DNA of 64,000 nt from Amoebophrya sp. A120. Taxonomy: Eukaryota > Protista > Dinoflagellata. The notes beneath the pieces were generated by a model, which was not told where the DNA came from, searched no databases, and saw only the letters and a list, made by a program, of their open reading frames with translations. The translations under genes and the position numbers were made by a program. Where the stretch lies: NCBI GenBank assembly GCA_905178155.1, contig CAJINV010000007.1:590020-654019 (forward strand), read 5' to 3'. Positions 24,201-36,000 of this stretch are shown here, one piece after another. How positions within the stretch are numbered: position 1 is the first letter of the stretch; each line of letters begins with the position of its first letter.

Positions 24201-25603
24201 CAGACACAGGAAACGCCAACACGACAGTAAAAGCACGACTCGTGCCCCCTTGCAAGGAACTCGTCAACGGTACGGTACGAAACGGAAAGAACTTGAATAC
24301 CACTACAAACGCGTGCCACTACAACTCGACGAACAAAACAGATCCACCACAGCAAGAAACCCGAGGCGACCGGCAAAAAGCCACCCTGTTCGGCCTCCCT
24401 CTCCCTTTCCCCATTGTCGTGCTGGTGATTATCTTTATCGGACTCTGCTGCGCTTTTTTCACGATCACCTGCTGGCTTTGCGGGAGCTCCAGTTGTTGCT
24501 CTTGGGGAAAGAAAAAAGCCGAAGAAGAAGCACTGGATGCGATCCTAGCTCCTTTGGAAAAGAAGTACAATAACCGGAGGAGCCAGAGTGGCCGGGATTT
24601 GTCAGCAAAGAGCAAGAAGCCAAAAAGAAAAAAAACCCTACCGCCTGGCGGCGCAGGTCTAGCAGGAGGGGATCAACATCCTCGTACTATCGGCGGTACT
24701 GGCACTGCATCTGATACTTCTAACACAGCTGGCGGCGGTGCGAGTGACAGATCGTCCAAAAGTAGTACGTTGGCCGCGTCCGATAGACCGCCGTCGACTT
24801 TCATTGGGGCGAGGACACCATCACCGGCTCTTGACTCCGAACAAATTTTTGGACAAACTGCAACACTTCCAGGAACAACGACAACAGCGAAGACGAAAAA
24901 GAAAAAAAGCACTAGCAAAGAATCTACTTCTACGCCGTCCGTGGCCATTGTAAGTTTCGGAGACCAAAGTAATAAAACTTCATCAACAGCTGGAAATGGA
25001 GATGTTGGAAGCAAGTCGATAATAATCGGCGGGACCGTGTCTTCTAATAACTCCAACGATCAGATGAAGTTTTACCCGTCGCAAGTAGCAGTCAATAATT
25101 CTGCCGAGACCAGTGGAAGTAGTGCGACGATAGTTACGAAGGCGTGCAACGAGAGCCATAGCGGAACTACAAGTGGGGGCAGTATTAAAAACGCCAACGA
25201 TAAGGGAAGCAAAGAGCTGCAAGAACACCATCTCCAAAGCAGTTCGCTTTCTTCTGCAAGTTTCGATTACACGGAACAGCAGAAGCTTGCGATGCTCCAG
25301 GCCAACCAAATGCCAGGCTTAGCGGGAATCAGTAATGAGCTCGTGGAGTCCGCAAAATTTGGAGCAGAAGATGCAGATCATGTTGATCATATAATTAGCG
25401 GTTCCCAGGTAGAAGAACAAGTGCGGACATCTACTTCCAGAGGGAGTTTGTTGTCTGGAGAACGTCGTGTAGGTGCAAATGTGCCGGACTTCGCTAGACA
25501 AGAAAAAGAAGAAGTTGTAGTAGTAGACCAGAAAAAGGAGGAGAAACTCAACATTGCAAGCTTCGGGGGCTCGGGGGACGCGAGTCGGGAGGAACATTTC
25601 TAG
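21227..25603 (+). CDS. Gene 4: ~1458-aa intronless single-pass membrane protein of unknown function
   Basis: Uninterrupted ORF; TM segment PIVVLVIIFIGLCCAFFTITCWLC followed by a Cys cluster and basic residues; Thr/Ser-rich stalk. Confidence 0.8.
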   Translation: MAAKLSPGIIAILSSLELGSYHTNNNSYSPAPARPCTTTILVQALKAVRRQTRRTHSKNLSQTGRSRQHDTTSQAVQNKSKTILDTRPAHFSLLARSSREDSTRSTRGVEGNHDEQPLLRRARNPPAHEDATETVLGRNEIANDLKPTSFCAGGSCEGGIIAPEKPKQLHTYDEARGLLLDGATGRIIGKKREGSNQIVDVVNKNSMVVIGTIDPASGNIISAATGEVIGSRTGTIETLDSAAVSVASRNAGDGFPTTGNGAVQPQTRAAGDNKRNDQNLQQSAEKTTKLSQPLTTTTTKLPLVLPESEMGYGATAYSWLLGPNPTGRSVVHPSVDRRYPIMREDTLSLHACPLDVCVFFRVVGTSITPSTPEASLNKMSTAQEIKNLAAAGPFGWLGADRERQQMEVLDAASDLGDKTVQAKGCWYLSKRVEVGKSNKDSQPAGKQDDPDVAIDPARAAAAIDPARQNRDPATQRVLQADEYFIKHWDSGAFLDFAGIEETPPATVNSGGGEQEVSLAAAAVQRVPDFTFPDSLSAGSFTFVRPDGRSDSGNTAGTAPAITSTTLKVRPINLRKDGAAGSNYSIRDRFGNAACYPRVETWSMTSSLLSTTNNYDITDDQVQEQQEAIANGNNRNENPSANPAAALAQQIVNMYAQFKGVSCLAGVPFYLMSHRSHALIVDKDAMGGEVNEVALDPKKHRKPAKGKFVFLNAGPDLAGGDDSVQKMKNQNANRYSLKAVVADAYLQIKKNDLKQVHWSGSEEENEKIYGSPGLFHPPDTFYPDGLTWEIVGRGARGMASKVCIKATFANDFHGEGGGKKAVYLQDFVHGGDNEGPRNNWHTSDAFVNYCGSWEEWSLVPVEDDDGNIKDGTEGTSTGNNRKICQELELTTTTTTTTTTTVFSGTAVPQETGSVAVVVAAGRANSSNSSIMSWSTSDRVDLETTGRNPGRTSNSSSSAQSIASSSDRVIGDLQRGRSDRTVGVESSSQQGEVSDTGNANTTVKARLVPPCKELVNGTVRNGKNLNTTTNACHYNSTNKTDPPQQETRGDRQKATLFGLPLPFPIVVLVIIFIGLCCAFFTITCWLCGSSSCCSWGKKKAEEEALDAILAPLEKKYNNRRSQSGRDLSAKSKKPKRKKTLPPGGAGLAGGDQHPRTIGGTGTASDTSNTAGGGASDRSSKSSTLAASDRPPSTFIGARTPSPALDSEQIFGQTATLPGTTTTAKTKKKKSTSKESTSTPSVAIVSFGDQSNKTSSTAGNGDVGSKSIIIGGTVSSNNSNDQMKFYPSQVAVNNSAETSGSSATIVTKACNESHSGTTSGGSIKNANDKGSKELQEHHLQSSSLSSASFDYTEQQKLAMLQANQMPGLAGISNELVESAKFGAEDADHVDHIISGSQVEEQVRTSTSRGSLLSGERRVGANVPDFARQEKEEVVVVDQKKEEKLNIASFGGSGDASREEHF

Positions 25604-27000
25604 CTGGTGTTAAAACGTCCCCGCATTCGGGATTTCCACTCCATTTTCAGATCGTAATATCAGTCCCATAATAAATTCCAAAACATGAAGATGAAGCGAA
25701 TTCGATCCAATCCCGTACTACTGTACACGTACAGGAAGTGTGCTAAATAAAAAGGCCAGGCTCATCGATCCGAATATAGCTGGATGAATTGCGGAAAGAG
25801 TGCCAGCGTATTCGCCTTCGATTTTAGGATTGCACTTTCTGGCGACGTCGGCGAGTTGATGCTTAGCACGTGTTCGGCCGCATAAGTTCATCTTTCCAGT
25901 GATCTGAAGAAGTAGTAATAGATCCTTCTTGATGTCGTGTGTCTCTTTCAAATACCGAAACAACAAGCAAAAAGATTTTCCGGGTCCTGATCCTTTTCTT
26001 TTCATGTGGGTCTTTGAAGCTTTGGAACCAGCATTCGGTAGTGAGATGATCCGATCAAGAGGGAAGCACTTTACGTTTATTTGTATGTTAATCAATGATC
26101 CAGCTTCACCTCCTGCGCTTTGACGATCCAGATCATTTATTCATCTTCAGAAAGATTGAGAATGACATCTGTTGGTCGTGTGCTGGTAACGTCGAAAAAA
26201 CAAAGTGCCACTCCCGTATTCGCAACATCCCGACCGCTAAAGAGTGTACAGCCCGTGTTGTTGGGCCTCTTTCCACCGAGGTGCAAGAAGAATTTTGATT
26301 CGCTTGAATTCTTTCTATGCACGAACTTCGAGTATTTTCTCGATACTCCTTGTCGATTCGACACTCCATGCCGATGAATTTTCGAACCCAAAATTGTAGG
26401 AACGAAGTGTGAAGATGCTGAGCGCTGACTTTTCGACAAGAGTTTGAATAGAGCAGCAATATCACCTCGAAAATTTCGAATGTGTGACTTGTATGAACCT
26501 TTGATATGTCATCCGTTCGTTGTAATCGTTATCGTGTTGATTCGTAATTTGATACTCGGAATTTTCTAATATACCAATCTTTGTAAGTATAACTTGTAAA
26601 GGTATTGAAGCGGTACTCACATGGATTCACGATATACGAAAACTCTATAAAGACGACTTTTCCGCTGAAAACAAGATCGCAAAATGATACTTAACAATGT
26701 CCGCTCTTGTATGATTTTGAACTATATGATTGTTTCGCGACAGTATTTCGTTCCGGTTTGACTTTGACTTTTATGGAGCGAGAACCGCACGAAGTGACAG
26801 GAACTTCATCTTCCGCTCTGTGCTGGTTGCTTTTATTCCAACTGTGAACGAGAAGAAACCAACCGTGTATTCTTGTTCGACGCGCAGGAGTAGAACTACT
26901 TGGTTCACGCCACAACCACCTAACCGCCTTCCTGTACAACTGCCAGCCTGTCGCAGCAGGAGCCAAGTTCGTCTTCACACGACCAACGACCTCAAAGATA

Positions 27001-30000
27001 ATGTCCACGACTTCTTGTCCCGCCGCTGGTTTAGAAGTGCAACCAAGCGGTTCTTCTAGTTCTGCGGCGCGGAAAACCAAAACAACATCATCATCTCCAC
27101 AACCACTCTCCGTCCTCATGTTGTCATTCTTCCTTTCTTCCAACATCTTCTGCTCTCTCATAAACCCAGCGGACGCCGGGCTGTCCATCACGAAGAGGGC
27201 CGCTTCGGCCGGGAAAACGTCGCTCTTCCCCGAGCAGGCGATGCAGCAAAACCGGGACAGTGGGAATGATTATCATCACAATTACATCGAACGGCACCTG
27301 CTGAGCCCTTTGCGGCAGGAAATCTACGTGGATAGGAAGAATTTAGTGCGGGTCTTAAGGGAGGAGAAAGAGAATGATAGTGCCAACCCAGCGGAATCTG
27401 CACTTCTGCCAAGTAAAAGCGGGAATAATTATACGAATACCAGTCGAGGAGAACTTTCTCTACATCATGATCTCTCGCCAGAACAACTACTACAACAATC
27501 AGGTTTCAAATACAACAAGCTGACTGCAGAAAACATCCGGGACAGCTACAGTGTCATCCCCCGGTCATTCTTTCCCAACCACCACTTCTTCCGAGATTTG
27601 GATTATCGGAGGAGAGGGCTGGATGATGATGATGATGATAGTGATGATGAACCACACCGCAAAAAGAAGAACTCCATTTTACAAACGCGATTAAAAAAAC
27701 TTCGTCGTTTCCGTCGGCAGTTCCGTGACCCCAGGATGAACAAACCACCGACAGAAAAGACTGTCTTCGACGATTTCTGGAGTGTTTTGTTTCCGGAGGA
27801 TAGTGGGACAGATCAAGAAACTCAAGAAACCATTACAACTTTCTCGTCCGATCAATCAGCAGCATCAGCATCTTCATCTGGTACAACCAAGAAAACCCAG
27901 TCGAAAACACGAACAAAGCGCTCTCCAACCTCCCGTGAGAAGTGGGAGTTAGAAGAGGAGCAGCACGAGGAGTATTTTTTCACCATTGACGCCACCAACG
28001 CTTTAACCACCGCGGCGTTTTCCTACGATTTCCAAACCCTGGACCGGATGAGCAGACGGGGCAACTCCGAGATTTTGCACTCCGAGGCAAGGAGACAGGG
28101 AAATCCGGCGAAGCTGCTGGCACCGCTGGGGGGACACCGGGAGTACTATGGGTTGCGAGACGTGAGTACTATGGGCCCGATTGTGACGACGAATGTGATT
28201 CCGCCGTTGGACTTGGAGCTGCAGGGGAATACAATTACAAACGGAAAGTCAAGAACTTCTTCTACATCAACTATTAAGGCATCAACATCATCTTCATCCC
28301 GCAGAACGTCTTCTCGTCCCCCGACTCCAAAATACGTCCGGCGGTCGGTTGGTTCTTTCGTTTTCGGAAAAAGCTTTCCGGAGGGCGTTTTCACAGGGGA
28401 GTCGCTGCTAGAGCAACTGCGCGTATTTCAAGAGAGTGCAAGGAATTCCGGACAGTCTCGTGGTTCTACTTCTTCTTCCACAAGCAGCACAGCAGAACAT
28501 TATCAAGCCTCTCCGTTCACGCCCAAGATGATGCCCCTGCACATCGAGCCTTTGTTCGACCGGAAGACGCTGTACCGGGGCGGATTGCTTCTCGACTCGG
28601 CACAGTGGAAGATCGTTCCGGGGGAGAAATTTGCGGATAAGAGGTTCAAGGAACTCGTGAAAATTGCAACGAAGTACGGATTGCAGTCGACGAAGGTGTT
28701 TGAACAAGGGAACAACAATGAGATGAGCTCCGAGCAGCAGCATGGGTGCAACAGTATCTCCTCTTGCAGTTCCAGAAATACAAGTTCATCGTCTATGACT
28801 GCCGGTGCAGCAGCGGTAGGAAACAAATCGACAAGAATGTTCGCCCCGGACGCGGTCGACCGGGTCACTGCGCTGCTTAAGGGGAAGGAGGAAGGGGACG
28901 GAACGGGTCTTATCTTGGATAGCAATGCTGGCTGGACCAAGCAAATGAAAAAAGCTCTGGACACCCCGGAAGACTACGTGGAGGAAGGACTGCTTCGTAA
29001 CTTCCTCGCACCTGCTCCGCCTACGAAAGCAAATGGAAGAGCCGAAAGTTCTGATGCGAACAAGTCTACTACTTTTTCGAAGCAAGGATCCATCGGTACA
29101 ACTGCGCGAGATGTTGAACAGGACAACGCTCCTGCAGGAAGCACTAACAAATACCAGCCGCAATCCGCCGGCGCTGTCGTACTAGAAAAAATTTCCGACC
29201 TCGCGTTAGAGTTGCGAAACGCCTTGCTCTCGAAGGTGAAAACGAATGCGACGGCGGATGCAGTTGCGGACGACGTCGAGGGGAAAGACACTGCTAGTGG
29301 TCTTACGCAAAAGGAAATAAAGCAGAACAAGAACGCCACGACAACCAGCGAAACTGACGCTACGTCCAACCTGCCGACAGCCGCAAACTTTTTCGAACCA
29401 AGGAGAATGCGGACCCGGAAGTGGAATGAGAAAAGGGCGAAGCGGGAACTGTCGAAGACCACGGGTGTAGCGGTATCGTCCCAAATGTCATGCAGCACCA
29501 GCAATACAAATTCCAATCCGGCAAGCAAACACAAGCAGCCGTCTTGGGAGACTCGCGACTTCCCGTCTTTCTTGTTGCAAAAGGAGATCCAGGAGCTGTT
29601 GCCGAGATTGAGCACTCTGCAGATGCGAAAGGAGGTTTTTAGCAGTGGAAGTGCTACTTCTGCCGCTCAGCACGAGAACAACTTCTACAAAACGGAAACC
29701 GGGACGAGCAGCACACCACCGCACTTCTTCCAACAAGTTTCCTACTCGCTCGAGTTCCGCACCCCGGTCTTGCTCCAGTCTCTGATCGTCTCGGGAAACA
29801 GCAAACATTTTCAATCCGCCATCGCCTACCTCGATGGCGAGGCGCAGTTTGTGATCCCGTTCCGGCTGATTCTGGATGGAGCAGATGGAAAAACTGAAAA
29901 GAATCTCTACGACCTTTCCGAATCCACGACCAGTTGGCACGCGATCGACGAGCTCAGGTTTGTGAATGCATATCGCGAGAAAAAAGTGTTACAGTTACAC

Positions 30001-33000
30001 ACTCTGATGGGAGACAAGCAAGACAGACAACTTCTGTCATGCAGGAAATGCATGCCAGCCTCATTTCATTCGTGTTTTCCCTTATGGTCTGCGCATCACA
30101 GGTTTTCTTAGCCATGTCGAGCAACTTTGTGATGCAGAAACTCCAACAAATGTGTAATTGTAACACTTTTTTCCTGTGATAATGCAGATGGAATCATGAA
30201 TACGGCAAGTGGTGAAAATGATGCTAGCAAAAATTCCTCGCCGTTGAAAATCCACTACATCGAGGTGGAGCCCGCCGTGGGGTATGAAAGTGCACAACTC
30301 CCTTTCCCCCTCATTTGTGATGCAAAGTGCCAACGCCACCCTTTGCCTTTTGCCACGACTATGCATGACAGATTTTGAGAGCCGAAACAGCAACAGAATC
30401 GGTCGCCAATTTTTTGTCATGTAGAGCCTGCATCCTTGCCAGAGCTTGTGTTGCTGGGACTGCCATTCAAATGAGGCGGGGGGGGAGTTGTGCAGCACTC
30501 TCATATGGGGTTCGGCGAGCTCAAAACCGGTTCGCAATCGTTTTTGCTGTTCCGGGATTTGCTGCAAAGGAAGTGGGTGGAGGACTGTCAGGCGATAGTG
30601 ACTTCTACGCCGGAGAATGAAGTCTCCAGTACCAAGAAAACTGATCCAAAATCTTCCAACCTCATTTCGAGCAAGAAACACGAGAACAAAACCAACACTC
30701 CACTTCTGAAGAAACGCAACAGAAACGACGACTCCACCTCTGAAGACTCGGAAGATCTGGACCGCTTGGATTCGGACGACAGCACGGATAGCATTTCCTC
30801 TACTTCCGCAGAGAGCGACGAGGATGCCGAAGCTGTTTTGAAAAGCCGCATGAAAAAAATGAAACCAAAGAACAGGAAAAAGAAGCACAAAAACCACACT
30901 GGTGCGTCATCAAAAGGAGATCGCTCTACTAGCACAACTGCGGACCCAAATACTGAATCAGCTGGTTCACCGCAAACTAACAAGCCGAAACTCGAAGTCC
31001 CACCCCTTCGCTCCATTTTCCACCTGTTCCACCGCATGTCGGCGCTGGCGAAAATCGCGACTTCCGAGCACAAAACGACTTTCGACAACCTCCAATTTCG
31101 CTTTCAGATAAAAGATTCAACGACAAAAGAAAACAACCAGCACGAAGTAGACAGCACACAGCAACAGCACACGGAACTCATCCCCTTCTACAACGAGTAC
31201 GACATTGCGAACTCTTTAAACAACAAAAACCAGTTTGTCGAGCTGATGATCCTGACCCCGAACGGCGCGATTGACGCGCAACGGGTGGACAAGCAGGCGA
31301 AAAAGTACTTGATTTCCCTCGATTTCGCGCTGAAAAATGGGTACAAGATGCTGCCAGAGAATCTGATGAACAACTACCTGTCCCGGGATTTGATACAAAG
31401 ACAAGCGTTTCTGGTCACGCGGTTCTTCTTTCTGGCGCCTGGTACTTCTTCGGAGCAACACGAGACGAAGCGGAGGAGGGACAACGAATGGGTAGATTCG
31501 GCGCTGGACGCGTTGGAGTTATCCTGTGCAAAGGCATCGTACTCGTACTAATCGCAGTCATGCAAGACAAATTTCTTGTTTAACCTAAGTCAGCATGACA
31601 GATTCCATTTGTCATGCTGAGCGAATTTGTATTGCAGTACTACGAGTACGATACTTTTGCAGTTCATAGGAGTTGGTGGATGACGATTTTGTCCGTTTCG
31701 CGACCGAGATGCAATTTTTGCTCGCACTCTGGGGACGGATGCTGCTGGGCGGTGGTGGGTTTGGGAAGCATGACGAAGGGACGAATAATCCTCCGGTTAT
31801 GCAGAATTTCGTCGCTATGTTGGATGACAGTAGCGACGGATTCGCTTTGCCAAGTTTAAGAACTGCTGCTACGCAAGCTGTTTCTAGCGAGGAGGCTGTA
31901 GAGGTGCCACTGCGCGAAGCAGAAACGTCGCATGCTGGTGCGGGAACATCGATACAGCAAGAAGATCAACACCACACGGAGGTAGAGGTAGTGGAGAAAC
32001 CACTTCTATCGAATAAAGCGGACGACGAGGTTCTTCTTCTTCCCGTGACTCCGGATGCAGTGTCGGACGAGTCTGCAGCTTCACATGATGATCCTGTCGC
32101 GGAGCAGCAGTGGGTGCAGACCCATCTCACGTTCGACGAAATCCAAACCGAGGACGAGTTCAACAAGTACGTGCAACGAGAATTTTTCGACAAACTTGAA
32201 AACGGAAATACAAATAACACGATCAGTACAACTTCTAGCATCAAACCAGAACTGCAATTTCTCCCATCCGTCATGAAAGCATCCGACCGACTTCCGGCCT
32301 TCCTTCCCGTGGCAGACGTAGTTTTTGAACCTGAAGAAAGCCATAGCGAAGCAGACCTGCATAATCCGCCCTCTTTGCTGCAACGAGCTACAAGTTTCCT
32401 TTCTGCTACCGTATTTGGACGAACAAGCGCTCCAACCCAAATTATCCACCCGCTGGAGATCTCCCTGGCTAACGGCGCGAAATTGGACATGTTTGATGTC
32501 GCAATGCGTTCCCCACAGTACTTCTTCGACGAGACTCTGTGGGCAGTGGAAGCAAATTTGGGCCTCGATGACGCGGTCAAATTGGAACTGATACAGCCCT
32601 TGAAGATGGAACAAAATAAGACAGCAGCTGCAGAAGGCCGCGAGAAAGAACATCAGAAAGAACTCTACAAGATTGCGTGTTTGAAGCCGGTGTTCGAAAT
32701 TGAGGCGGACAAAACGCAGCGGTACACGCTCGAGGTGATCATCTTGGACTTTTTTCAGTTCGACCATGAAACCGGGCCGGGCAATGCAAATCCTTGTTTT
32801 CGTCATGGTCATGCAGAAGCAGCGACTGTGACCGCGACACCCACGGCAGCAGCTCCGGTTGTAGCGGTGCCGCCGCTTCTAGACGGTGGTCATTTGATGA
32901 ACGACTTGTTTATTTCCGATGGTGGAAGTGATGTTTCTTCGGTCGAAGACGATCCGGTGAGGAGGACGCAGACTTCGTCCAACGACGTGCCTATCGCTAT

Positions 33001-36000
33001 TGATGTCGTGGCGCAAGATGCAGTGGAGCGACATTCACGATCTCCAACGGCGCCGACCATGGCTGGGAGATTTCTTTCTGAACAGGCTGCGATGAAACTT
33101 GGCGAGCAAGAATCTGGTGGCGCGATCCCTTCAGTGCCTCTAGCGAAGAAGAGGGCCATGCACGAATTGCATGAGCAGCATGACTTTCAAGAAGAAGACC
33201 ACTCTACGGCTCCACTCGAGGCCGCACCGCTTCTGGCGAAGCGTCATGCAGCTACAAAAGAAGCCGCGGCGTCCCCGGATGCACGAAGCAAAGCGGCGAA
33301 TCAAAACTACGGCAAGCAGGGTGACAGTACGACTTCATCTCCCAGCTTGGCAGCCACGCCGGGTTCATCTCCACAGGTCGTGGGGCGGTCGGGTCGCCGG
33401 AGTACCAAGGGGAAGACAGCTACTAGTGAATCGACGGAAAAACAAGAAGCTCCGTCGCGACAGCAGGAGCAAACATCTGGAGTTCTTGAACAAGTAGAAG
33501 GATTTTTGTCAGGCCAAAAGCTGCCGACATCAACCTCGTCCCCACCTTCCATTTCCACCGGAAAGAAGAACACACCACCAAAGATATCAAGTGCAAAAAT
33601 GTCTGGGTCTGGAAGATCGCAACTTGGCATGCTGTTTTTGCACGCTAAAAAAAGTATTGCATGACCAGCATTGTGCTACACGGACAGGGCATTTCTCATG
33701 CGGAAGGTGCATCAGGAAGCCCGCTAAAGGTCTGCGATGCTAGGTCATGCATTACAGGCATGATAGGCCATGAGAAATATGCATGAAAAATCTTGCACTC
33801 TTCCAGACCCAGACATTTTTGCATTTGATAAAAGAAAAGGGTGCACTACTTCGACCTGCTGACAGACACTCCCGCCCATCTCCTGATCTTTCTCGCACAA
33901 GAATTCCCCGCGACTTTTATCACCGACGAGGTTCTCCAGAATCTGAAAGCGGCGAAGGAGAAAAACCTTTCTCTCAGTCCGATTTTGGAGAACGTGGAGC
34001 TGCAAGACCAGTTAGAACAATTCGGGCCGGACGGTTCGGAATTCGGGATTTGGACGGTAATCGAAAAGTGGGTAACCAACCGGTTTCAGAAATTGGATTC
34101 GCTCGCGAGAAAACTGGTCGTGAAGCGGGTGAGCGCGCCGGTAGCTAGTTCGGAAAAGGTTTCGGCTGTAGAACACTGGATGATCAAGGTGAATGAGGTT
34201 TTTGATAAGACGCTGAAAGTGGACCCGAAGTTGGTCGAGATGTTTCGGAGGGCAGCAGGAGGGGATCTGCAGCAGCAGCAGCAAAAACTGCCCATGAACA
34301 AGACTTCTGCAGTACAAGTAGGTGCTGCACCCACGAAACCCGCGGCATCCACCTCTACCTCGTCTTCGCCAGTAGAACTCCAGCAGCTGCAAGCAGAGCC
34401 AGCATCAGCTGCAGTGGAGCCTCCAGTGCAAGACGCAGCTACAGCTGTTTTCCCGAGAAGTAGTGAAGTAGAGACGCCAATTGCAGGGACAAAAGAACAG
34501 CTTGAAGACCACTTGGTGCCTGCAATCAACAAGAAGAACCCAGCGGTTCTTCAACTAGAGCCGCAACATTCCGTGTCCGCCCATCTTCCGCAAGAAAAAC
34601 GACCATCAACATCGCAGGAGCTCTTAATCCTCCCGCGAACGGAAAACTTCAAAATTGTTCCCGCAGTGGAGATTATGCAGCGGTGGCTGTATGCGATTGT
34701 TGCAGATGAAGCGGATTTATCAAATGCAAAAATGTCTGGGTCTGGGAGATTGCGAGATTTGTCATGCTAGTCTGGCATGACTCTGAACTCTGTGCTGTAT
34801 GGCCGTTAAGAGCTCCTCTGCCCTGTCATGCAAAAACGCAGTTTCTCATGCGGAGTACGCAACTCAGAACCATGGAAAAAACTTGTCATGCTTGGCAGCG
34901 CATTACACTGAGTTCACTACTCCCTCTCTTGCGTCACAAGTTTGTTCCAGACCCAGACATTTTTGCAATTGATAGGATTTGGATGCGATCGACGAGGAGT
35001 TTGGCGAAGAAGGGGAAGAACAGCAACCTGTTGTCACGAAGTTTCAGCAGGATGCAGGAAGCATCAACGAAGGCGGAAATGAACCTGGGGAGGTCGGGCA
35101 GAACACAATGGCTGCACAAAGTTCTGTCATTCAGAAAACAGCTCTACGTCTACAAGAAGAAGCTCACGACCTCGACGATGATGAGGATGGCAAAACCAGC
35201 CGTGCCAAAATGGCCCAAAACATCCAGGAGATCCTCGCGGAAGAGGATGAAAGCAATACCGAGCCACTACTGTACACTGCAAATCTGCCGGAACAAGCAA
35301 CTGCGACAGTGGTTCCAGAGGATTTTCCTCTACCTGAGGTGACTACAGATCCTGAGGTTTTTGATACTGCTTCTACTGTTCCCGAAAGTGCAGCTTCTCT
35401 TTCGTCCTTGTTCTATGATGAGCTTGGCGCAATAGTAGATGTCGGACCGGATCCTGTTGCTGCGTCGAACAACAGCATCAACCAACAGCACACAGAAATT
35501 CCCCCAGCAACAACATCTACTCCTACACCGCAAAGATTTCGAAACGGGAGGCGGGTAAAAACCCTGGACGAAATCATGCGGATGGACAACGATGGGGTGC
35601 ATATCAAATGTAAAAATGTCTGGGTCTGGAAGATTGAAACTTGTCATGCTAAATCCGAATAATGCAAAAATCTGTGTTGCATGAGTGCCAAAAGCTGTCC
35701 ACTTTCGACCAAGTTGGGCGGGAGTTTCTCATGCGGGCTAGGCATGGTAGAGACCTCACAGACTCTGTCATGCTAGGTCCTGCATTCCAGACCTCATGGG
35801 TCATGGAAAATCTGCATGACAAACCTCGCAATCTTCCAGACCCAGACATTTTTGCAGTTGATACTGCAGGACTACATGCAACACCCCGACGACCCGTCTG
35901 GCTTCGACTTCCAGCGAGGGGCCGATTTAACAAAGGTCGGAGAGGACGCATTGGAAGTAGCGCAGGTGGGAGCAACAGGAACAAGGAAAATAAATTTCGC

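Noticed and set aside
25718-26465. Minus-strand gene or retroelement relic
   Set aside because: Short overlapping ORFs without RT or transposase motifs
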